A stretch of 32,095 nucleotides of DNA, taken from assembly GCA_046594005.1 (NCBI GenBank), contig JBKJQM010000127.1:1-32095 (forward strand). Reading direction: 5' to 3'. Source of the DNA: Mycobacteriales bacterium. Lineage in GTDB: Bacteria > Actinomycetota > Actinomycetes > Mycobacteriales > SCTD01. Below the pieces are notes generated by a model. It did no database searches. It saw only the letters and a list, made by a program, of their open reading frames with translations, and was not told the origin of the DNA. Below are positions 23,406 through 30,103 of this stretch, piece by piece. The position numbers and the translations under genes were made by a program. Numbering within the stretch: the stretch's first letter is position 1; every line of letters begins with the position of its first letter.

Positions 23406-24626
23406 ATGGCGATCACCCTGTACGGCACCGGCTGGTGCAGCGACTGCAAGCGCTCCAAGCAGTTCCTCGGCGAGCAGCGCGTGCACTACGACTACGTGGA
23501 CGTCGACGCCGACCCCGCGGGACGCGCCGTCGTCCAGGGCCACAACGGCGGCAAGGACATCATCCCCACGATCGTCTTCGACGACGGCAGCGTGCTCGTC
23601 GAGCCGAGCAACGCCGAGCTCGCCGCCAAGCTCGGCCTGCAGACGGCCGCGAAGAACGCCTTCTACGACCTCGTCGTCGTCGGATCGGGGCCGGCCGGTC
23701 TGACCGCTGCCCTGTACGCCGCCCGCGAGGGCATGGCGGTGCTCGTCGTCGAGCGGGGCGGCGTCGGCGGGCAGGCGGGCGTGACCGAGCGGCTCGACAA
23801 CTTCCCGGGCTTCCCGGAGGGCGTGACCGGGTCCGAGCTCGCCGACCGGCTGCGGGCGCAGGCCGAGCGCTTCGGCGTCGAGGTCCTTCCGGCGCAGGAG
23901 GTCACGAGCATCGCCTCCGACGGTGCCTACCGGGTCGTCACCACCGGCGACGGCAGGGAGGTCACCGCCTTCGCGGTCCTGCTGACCATGGGCTCGACCT
24001 ACCGGCGGCTCGGGATCCCCGGCGAGGACGAGCTCATCGGCGCGGGCGTCCACTTCTGCGCCACCTGCGACGGGCCGTTCTACCGGGACCGCGCGGTCGT
24101 GGTGATCGGCGGCGGCAACAGCGCCGGTGAGGAGAGCGTCTTCCTCGCGAAGTTCGCCAGCTCGGTCACCGTCGTGACCCGCGACGCCTCGATGTCGGCC
24201 AGCAAGGTCGTGGTGCAGAAGCTGAGCGAGGATCCGCGCATCTCCGTGCTGACCGGCGCTACCCCCACGGGCTTCGTCACCGACGACGCCGGCAAGCTCG
24301 TCGCGCTGGAGGTGCAGCGCGACGGCGGCACCGAGCAGGTGCCTGCCGACGGTGCCTTCGTCTTCATCGGCCTGTCGCCCAACAACCAGCTCGTCGCCGA
24401 CCTGGTCGAGCTGGACGCCGCCGGCTTCGTCGTCGCCGACCTCGGCATGCAGACGAGTGTCCCCGGGGTCTTCGTCGCGGGCGATGTCCGGAGCGGGTCG
24501 ACCAAGCAGGCCGCGAGCGCCTCGGGCGAGGGTGCGTCCGCCGCACTCGCGATCCGTCGCTACGTCGAGCCCCTGGCGAGCGGGATGCGTCCGGGCCTCG
24601 CCGTGTCCAGCGGGGCGAGCATCTGA
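23406..24626 (+). CDS. glutaredoxin/mycoredoxin-like domain fused to thioredoxin-disulfide reductase
   Basis: 406 aa, with GGAGG 4 nt upstream of the ATG. The N-terminal roughly 80 aa form a thioredoxin fold: ITLYGTGWCSDCKRSKQFL...GGKDIIPTIVFDDGSVL. The rest is TrxR-like: FAD site VVVGSGPAGLTAALYAAR, redox-active CATCDG, NADPH site VVIGGGNSAGEE and C-terminal GVFVAGD. Confidence 0.85.
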   Translation: MAITLYGTGWCSDCKRSKQFLGEQRVHYDYVDVDADPAGRAVVQGHNGGKDIIPTIVFDDGSVLVEPSNAELAAKLGLQTAAKNAFYDLVVVGSGPAGLTAALYAAREGMAVLVVERGGVGGQAGVTERLDNFPGFPEGVTGSELADRLRAQAERFGVEVLPAQEVTSIASDGAYRVVTTGDGREVTAFAVLLTMGSTYRRLGIPGEDELIGAGVHFCATCDGPFYRDRAVVVIGGGNSAGEESVFLAKFASSVTVVTRDASMSASKVVVQKLSEDPRISVLTGATPTGFVTDDAGKLVALEVQRDGGTEQVPADGAFVFIGLSPNNQLVADLVELDAAGFVVADLGMQTSVPGVFVAGDVRSGSTKQAASASGEGASAALAIRRYVEPLASGMRPGLAVSSGASI

Positions 24627-25012
24627 TGGCCGGCCCGGTCGCGCTGACCGAGGCGCTCGCCCGTGTCGACGCCCTGTGGAGCCCGCACGTCGTCCTGCAG
24701 GTGAACGAGTACGACGTCCGCGTCGCCAAGGTGGCCGGCGAGCACGTCTGGCACGCGCACGACGACACCGACGAGTTCTTCCTGGTGCTGGACGGCGAGC
24801 TGACGATCGCCCTCGAGGAGCCGTCCGGCGGACGGACCGTCGTGCTGCCGACCGGCAGCGTCTTCGTGGTCCCGCGCGGGACCCGGCACCGGCCGTCCTC
24901 GGCAGGCGGCGCGTCCATCCTCATGCTCGAGCCGTCCGGCACCCTCTCGACGGGGGACGCCGTCGACCTGCCGGGGCACGTCGACCGCACCACGGGTCAC
25001 GCCCTGGACTGA
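24626..25012 (+). CDS. cupin domain protein
   Basis: 128 aa. Its ATG shares one base with the TGA of the previous gene (TGATG). The cupin core reads HVWHAHDDTDEFFLVLDGELTI...VVPRGTRHRP. Confidence 0.8.
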   Translation: MAGPVALTEALARVDALWSPHVVLQVNEYDVRVAKVAGEHVWHAHDDTDEFFLVLDGELTIALEEPSGGRTVVLPTGSVFVVPRGTRHRPSSAGGASILMLEPSGTLSTGDAVDLPGHVDRTTGHALD

Positions 25013-25723
25013 CCGCCCAGCCCCGCCCACGTGCGGTCGGCCACAGCTCGAGCGGCGGCCCGGAGGTGAGCGCGCCCGCCAGGGTCCGAGCGGTGGCCTC
25101 ACGCAGCGCTGACTGCCGCCGTGCTCGGGTGACCGCTGACCCCGGCAACGTCGCGGCGTCGGCGACGGGCTCGCGGGTGACGCCCGGCCAGACCCGGCCC
25201 TGGTGGCCTCGTAGACCCGGTCGACAGCTCAGGATGTCAGTCAGCAAGCGCGTGTCGCGCGCCCCTCACGACCGACGCGGGGGTTGCAGGACCCTGGACG
25301 GTTGCGCCGGCCCGCCGGTATTCTCGCAGCGGTTGAACCAGCAGCCGTGGCGTGCCAGCCGCCTCAGACCCTGGGTCCGCGGAGCCACCTCGTCACCTCC
25401 TTGCCCTCGAAGGTGTGCGCTGTGTCCGCGGTCGAACAAGGCTCAAGCCAGAGTGCTCGCTCACGCCGATCACGGCGGTCTGAACTCGACGTGGTCGTGG
25501 ATCAGGTCTGCGGCATCCAGGCGTGGACGCACGCCCACAAGGGCCGCCTGGAGGCGGAGGGGGCGGGCTCCCGCGAGGCGCGCTTGGACACGGCCCGCCG
25601 CCGAGATCTGCTGGAGCGGCAGTAGCAGGCCGTCGTGGATCACACCGCCCTGCATCTTGCGCAGACCAGCGGACTGCTGCACACGTTCGCGGCGACCCAT
25701 GCGGTGGTCGCGCACCGTCAGCC

Positions 25724-26047
25724 GTGGTTCAAGGGCAAGGTGATCGGGGCCTTCGCCAGGGCGGAGTCGTGCTGGCCGCTGACCTGGAGAACGGCGCTGA
25801 TGCCCTCGGCGTGGTTGTCGCTGAGCAGCCCGACTTCCTCATCCTCGATGACAAGCTGCCCATGTTCAGCGGGCTGGAGGTCACGAAGGCGGTCGCCCGG
25901 TTCGCGCCGCGCACCGTGGTGCTGGTGCAGGTGGCGGACCACTGGGAGGTCGGCCCCTTCTTGGACGCAGGTGCAACGACGGTCTACACCCGGCGCACGT
26001 CGCCCGCAGACATCGCTGCCGACGTGGTCGCGACCGTCAACGCGTGA
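25724..26047 (+). CDS. stand-alone receiver-like (degenerate REC / pseudo-receiver) domain protein
   Basis: The segment ...VVLAADLENGADALGVVVAEQPDFLILDDKLPMFSGLEVTKAVARFAPRTVVLVQ... matches the central REC pattern (NG.EAL...PD.ilLD..mP.m.G.Ev). The N-terminal acidic DD pocket and the conserved Lys context are not evident. I chose the GTG at 25724; the upstream part of the track ORF is not protein-like. Confidence 0.45.
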   Translation: MVQGQGDRGLRQGGVVLAADLENGADALGVVVAEQPDFLILDDKLPMFSGLEVTKAVARFAPRTVVLVQVADHWEVGPFLDAGATTVYTRRTSPADIAADVVATVNA

Positions 26048-26229
26048 CGGCTCGAACTGCTGTCGGTCGCCGCTCGCTCGAGACAGGCGGAGTACCGTCC
26101 AGGGCCTGGGCCACCCTGCGAGGTGGCGAACGGGTGTTGTCGGAACAGCGTCTGTGGACGGGTCCCTTCGAGGGCTCCCCCGGCGGGTCCGCCGTTGCGG
26201 TCCTGCACCCGTCCTGAGAGCAGACGCGC

Positions 26230-26940
26230 ATGAGCGCGGATCGCCCTGCAGTCCCGCCGTACGAGGCGTTCGACGAGCTGTCCCGTCTCATCGTCTCCGA
26301 CCACTCGGTCGACTCGGTGCTGACCGCCGTCGCCGAGGTGGGCAAGAGGCTGCTGCCCACCGCCGCCGAGATCTCCGTGACCCTGGTTCGCGGCGCCGCC
26401 GCCGAGACCGTCGCCACAACGGGCCCGCTGGCCGTCCTGATGGACGAGCGGCAGTACGAAGGAGGAGCCGGTCCCTGCCTCACAGCGGCGAAGACCGGGC
26501 AACTCGTCGAGGTGAGCGATGCCGCGTCGGCCGAGCAGTGGCCGTTGTTCGCAGCGGGTGCCCGCGAGCACGGCGTCGGCAGCAGCCTCAGCGTCCCGGT
26601 GAAGCTGCCCGAGCCGATCAGCGCCGGCCTGAACATGTACAGCCTGCGGAAGGACGGGTTCGCCGAGCCGGACGTCGAACTTGCGCGCACCCTGGCTGCC
26701 TACGCCGCGGCTGCGCTCGCCAACATCCACTTGTTCGAGTCGCAGAAGCGGGTGGCTGAGCACCTGGAGCGAGCACTGGAGTCCCGTGGGGTGATCGACC
26801 AGGCCAAGGGCATCGTGATGGCAGAGCATCGATGCACAGCGGACCAGGCGTTCGCGCGTCTGGTCGAGATGTCCCAACGGACCAACCGCAAGCTCCGGGA
26901 AGTTGCCGAGGAGCTCGTCAAGCGCACCGTGGACGGCTGA
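26230..26940 (+). CDS. GAF + ANTAR domain RNA-binding regulator
   Basis: 236 aa. GAF-like features are GPCLTAAKTGQLVEVSD...WPLF...HGVGSSLSVPV...AGLNMYS. The C-terminal ANTAR domain reads LERALESRGVIDQAKGIVMAEHRCTADQAFARLVEMSQRTNRKLREVAEELV. Confidence 0.88.
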   Translation: MSADRPAVPPYEAFDELSRLIVSDHSVDSVLTAVAEVGKRLLPTAAEISVTLVRGAAAETVATTGPLAVLMDERQYEGGAGPCLTAAKTGQLVEVSDAASAEQWPLFAAGAREHGVGSSLSVPVKLPEPISAGLNMYSLRKDGFAEPDVELARTLAAYAAAALANIHLFESQKRVAEHLERALESRGVIDQAKGIVMAEHRCTADQAFARLVEMSQRTNRKLREVAEELVKRTVDG

Positions 26941-26979
26941 CCGCCTTCCTCATCGCTGAGCGGTAGCGGGCACGCGTTC

Positions 26980-27135
26980 TTACTCCGCCCACCAGCGCCC
27001 CGGGCGCACCAGCCCGGCGCTCAGCACCAGCCAGCCCGTCAGCTCGCGGATGAACAACGCGACATCGAGCTCGACCAGCGAGTCGTACTGCTCGACCAGG
27101 CGCTCCACCGCCGCTGGTGAGCCGCAGTCATCCAT
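26980..27135 (-). CDS. small ORF (51 aa), possibly the C-terminal remnant of a larger gene
   Basis: Hand translation gives MDDCGSPAAVERLVEQYDSLVELDVALFIRELTGWLVLSAGLVRPGRWWAE-TAA. GC3 is very high (about 48 of 51 codons by hand count). It is below the track's length cut-off, and I found no SD and no family assignment. Confidence 0.35.
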   Translation of the reverse strand: MDDCGSPAAVERLVEQYDSLVELDVALFIRELTGWLVLSAGLVRPGRWWAE

Positions 27136-27249
27136 GGCGAGCGGCTGTACCCGCTGCCATCCCGTTGACGCTTGCGGCGTTGTGTCGGCCCGCCGGCCGA
27201 CAGGCGGTGCCCGGCATCAGCCGTCCAGAAGGACGTGGCTGTCGCTGCC

Positions 27250-27516
27250 TCAGCGCGGTTCGGGCGCGGCTCGCGGCTGCATGCGCTCGCCTTGTGGGCC
27301 GAAGACCGACAGGACCTCGACCGCGCCCTCTCCGGCACTTCCGAACCAGTGCGGGACCCGCGTGTCGAACTCGGCGACCTGTCCGACTCCGAGGACGACG
27401 TCGCGGTCGGCCAGGATCAGCCGCAGCCGACCGATCTCGCGAGAGACGCCCGGCCCGGGTGGTTGCTGGCGGATTCGCGACCATCGAGCGTCACCAGGGC
27501 AAGCGCATCCACCCAC
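27250..27516 (-). pseudogene. remnant of an XRE-HTH/cupin transcriptional regulator (cupin half only, apparently frameshifted)
   Basis: The tail GRLRLILADRDVVLGVGQVAEFDTRVPHWFGSAGEGAVEVLSVFGPQGERM is the characteristic C-terminal cupin of actinobacterial XRE-cupin regulators. The upstream part (..LDGRESASNHPG..) continues in another frame. No HTH domain is found before the tRNA. Confidence 0.5.
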
Positions 27517-27816
27517 CCCATCGCCAGCAGGTTGTCGGGGGAGGGGACCGGAACCAGCCGCTGGAAGGAAGGGACCGGGGAGCGGTAGCGCTCAGGCTCG
27601 AGATTCGGTGGAGAGCGCCTGCGCGGTGCTCAGGTCGGAGGGAAGACGCGGGCGTCTCCCCACCGGATCCCGGGGCAGCTCAGCATCACCCACACCAGGC
27701 TTCCAGGACCTGTGCGATCGGTCCGGCACTGCGTGGGCGTCGAGCTCGAGGGGGTCGAGGGCGCTCCGAGGGCGACCGCGCTCGCTTCCGGTCCCACCGG
27801 GACGGAGAACGACTCT

Positions 27817-27844
27817 GGGCCCTCTTCCGCAGGGAAGAAAGCCC
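27817..27844 (-). terminator. hairpin immediately downstream of tRNA-Lys
   Basis: On the minus-strand RNA it reads GGGCUUUCUUCC cugc GGAAGAGGGCCC, a 12-bp stem including two G-U pairs. On the plus strand those two positions are C-A mismatches, so the structure is strand-specific for the tRNA transcript. Confidence 0.6.
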
Positions 27845-27857
27845 AGGTCAGTTGGGG

Positions 27858-27930
27858 TGCGCCGCCAGGGACTTGAACCCCGAACCCGCGGATTAAGAGT
27901 CCGCTGCTCTGCCAATTGAGCTAGCGGCGC
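27858..27930 (-). tRNA. tRNA-Lys (anticodon CTT)
   Basis: The reverse complement folds by hand as a cloverleaf: acceptor GCGCCGC/GCGGCGC, D-arm GCTC-AATTGGCA-GAGC and anticodon arm GCGGA-CTCTTAA-TCCGC (anticodon CTT). The variable loop is GGGTT and the T-arm is CGGGG-TTCAAGT-CCCTG, with discriminator A. The 3' CCA is not encoded. Confidence 0.93.
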
Positions 27931-27959
27931 GCGTCGTACGGGTGAGGACGATAGCAGTC

Positions 27960-28346
27960 CTAGGACGGCTCCCCGTCGACAGGCGGGGCGGGCGTGCTCG
28001 GGCTCAGCGGGCGTAGGCCCTCGGCGGCGCGGGCGTCGCGCAGCAGCAGCGCGAACTCCTCGGAGTGCAGATCCGCGAGCGCGTCCTGAGCAGCGCGCCG
28101 GGCCCGTCGCTCGCGCACCTCCAGGTCGCCGCTGCCGACCGACCCGAGCCGCGGCCCGCGAACGGCCGGCTCGCTCGGCGCGGCGGCCGGGCGCGGCGCC
28201 GTGCGGGTGCGGGTGACGGGGGCGGCGCGCTTGCGGGGCGCCGGCTCGGGCGTCGTCAGGCAGGGCGTGCAGGTCGTCGCGTCGCCCTCGAACTCGGCGG
28301 CGGGGCGCACCTTGCGGCAGGTGTCGCACCGTCTCCAGCCACTCAC
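27960..28346 (-). CDS. hypothetical protein with an N-terminal CxxC...CxxC zinc-ribbon and a Pro/Ala/Arg-rich linker
   Basis: GC3 is high from the GTG at 28346: VSGWRRCDTCRKVRPAAEFEGDATTCTPCL.... The track ORF extends to 28451, but that extension has poorer GC3. It would also leave only 17 nt to the divergent acyl-CoA synthetase start. Confidence 0.6.
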   Translation of the reverse strand: MSGWRRCDTCRKVRPAAEFEGDATTCTPCLTTPEPAPRKRAAPVTRTRTAPRPAAAPSEPAVRGPRLGSVGSGDLEVRERRARRAAQDALADLHSEEFALLLRDARAAEGLRPLSPSTPAPPVDGEPS

Positions 28347-28468
28347 CGTCTGGGCCCTGCAGGTCGCGTCGCCACACCGCCACGGTACGGCGCGGGCGGC
28401 TCCGCTCGACGTGCCGGTCCCCGTACGGCAGGTTGCAGTGACCCGCACCACAGCCCGAGGAGCACGTC

Positions 28469-30103
28469 GTGACCGACCCCGTCGTCAGCACCATGCAGGA
28501 CACCCAGCTGACGGTGAGCAGCCTGCTGCGACATGGCGCCACCGTCTACGCCGGCAGCGTCGTCCGGACCTTCGACGGGGACGGCGTGCGGGAGGCGACG
28601 TACGCCGAGGTGGGCGAGCGGTCGGCACGGCTGGCGGGCGCGCTCGCCGGCCTCGGCATCGGGCAGGGGGACCGCGTCGGGACGTTCCTGTGGAACACCC
28701 AGGAGCACCTCGAGTGCTACCTCGCCGTCCCGTCCATGGGGGCGGTCCTGCACACCCTGAACCTGCGACTGTTCCCCGAGCAGCTGGCGTACGTCGTCAA
28801 CCACGGTCAGGACCGGGTCGTCGTGGTGGACGCGACCGTGCTTCCGCTGCTGGTCAAGGTCGCGGACCAGCTGACGACCGTCGAGCACTACGTGCTGGTC
28901 GGCGACGCCGACACGAGCGGCCTCGGCGACGTGCCCGTGCACCGCTACGAGGACCTGCTCGCGGCAGCCGAGAGTGCCTACGAATGGCCTGATCTCGACG
29001 AGCGGTCGCCGATGGCGATGTGCTACACGAGCGGCACGACGGGCAACCCGAAGGGCGTCGTCTACAGCCACCGGTCGACCTACCTGCACTCGCTGGCGAG
29101 CGGCACGGGCAACGGCTTCGCCCTGTCGGAGCGCGACAACGTGCTGCCCGTCGTGCCGATGTTCCACGCCAACGCGTGGGGCCTGGCCTACTCCGGGTGG
29201 CTGGCCGGCTGCGACTTCCTCCTGCCCGGCCGCTTCCTGCAGGCCGAGCCGCTCGCCCGGATGATCGCCGAGCACCGGCCCACCGTCGCCGGGGCGGTCC
29301 CGACGATCTGGAACGACCTGCTGTCCTACGTGGACGAGCACCCGACCGACCTGACGTCCCTGCGGCTGGTCGCCTGCGGCGGCTCGGCCGTGCCGCTCAA
29401 GCTCATGCAGCGCTTCGAGCAGGACCACGGGATGCACATCGTGCAGGCCTGGGGGATGACCGAGACCTCACCGCTGGCCGCCATCGCGCACGTCCCGGCA
29501 GGCGCGGCAGAGGGCGACGAGTGGACGTGGCGGTCGCGCACCGGCCGGATCATGGCCGGCGTCGAGATGCGGCTCGTCGACGACAGCGGGACGGTCCTGC
29601 CCTGGGACGGCGAGGCCGTCGGGGAGATCCAGGTCCGCGGGCCGTGGATCACCGGCGCCTACCACCTGGACGACGACCCCGAGAAGTTCATGGACGGCTG
29701 GCTCCGGACCGGCGACGTCGCGTCGGCGCTGCCCAACGGCTTCCTGCAGATCACCGACCGCAGCAAGGACGTCATCAAGTCGGGCGGCGAGTGGATCAGC
29801 TCGGTGGAGCTGGAGAACACCCTCATGGGGCACGAGGCGGTCTTCGAGGCGGCCGTCGTCGCCGTGCCGGACGAGCGGTGGGACGAGCGTCCGTTGGCGT
29901 GCATCGTGCTGCGCCCCGGCGCGACGGCGTCGCCGGACGAGCTCTCCGCGTTCCTGTCGGACAAGGTGGCGCACTGGTGGCTGCCGGAGCGCTGGAGCTT
30001 CATCGACGCCGTCCCGAAGACGAGCGTCGGGAAGTTCGACAAGAAGGTCCTGCGCAAGCAGTACGCCGACGAGCAGCTCGAGGTGCAGCGGATCGCTAGG
30101 TGA
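28469..30103 (+). CDS. AMP-dependent acyl-CoA synthetase/ligase (long/medium-chain fatty-acid CoA ligase type)
   Basis: 544 aa, with GAGGAG 6 nt upstream of the GTG. The AMP-binding motif is MCYTSGTTGNPKGV, followed by QAWGMTETSP, GWLRTGD and KDVIKSGGEWIS, with a C-terminal KTSVGKFDKK. Confidence 0.9.
   Translation: MTDPVVSTMQDTQLTVSSLLRHGATVYAGSVVRTFDGDGVREATYAEVGERSARLAGALAGLGIGQGDRVGTFLWNTQEHLECYLAVPSMGAVLHTLNLRLFPEQLAYVVNHGQDRVVVVDATVLPLLVKVADQLTTVEHYVLVGDADTSGLGDVPVHRYEDLLAAAESAYEWPDLDERSPMAMCYTSGTTGNPKGVVYSHRSTYLHSLASGTGNGFALSERDNVLPVVPMFHANAWGLAYSGWLAGCDFLLPGRFLQAEPLARMIAEHRPTVAGAVPTIWNDLLSYVDEHPTDLTSLRLVACGGSAVPLKLMQRFEQDHGMHIVQAWGMTETSPLAAIAHVPAGAAEGDEWTWRSRTGRIMAGVEMRLVDDSGTVLPWDGEAVGEIQVRGPWITGAYHLDDDPEKFMDGWLRTGDVASALPNGFLQITDRSKDVIKSGGEWISSVELENTLMGHEAVFEAAVVAVPDERWDERPLACIVLRPGATASPDELSAFLSDKVAHWWLPERWSFIDAVPKTSVGKFDKKVLRKQYADEQLEVQRIAR

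Noticed and set aside
25284-25715. ORFs 25284..25625 (+, 113 aa) and 25470..25715 (-, 81 aa) in the low-GC stretch.
   Set aside because: The plus ORF is rich in A/T-ending codons that are atypical for this genome. The minus ORF has only moderate GC3, no SD and no motif I recognise. I report them as an unresolved region rather than as genes.
26048-26229. A hairpin with a 6-nt loop (GCCACC ctgcga GGTGGC) upstream of the GAF-ANTAR gene, and hairpins in 28347..28468, as ANTAR target RNA motifs.
   Set aside because: The ANTAR target is a pair of adjacent hairpins with conserved loop positions. I saw only isolated hairpins whose loops do not fit that pattern. A covariance-model search is needed.
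25013-27930. A genomic island or prophage remnant integrated at tRNA-Lys.
   Set aside because: I could find no integrase, excisionase, transposase or phage gene, and no direct repeat of the tRNA 3' end. Only gene decay and lower GC are observed, so I report it as a low-interest finding, not as a mobile element.
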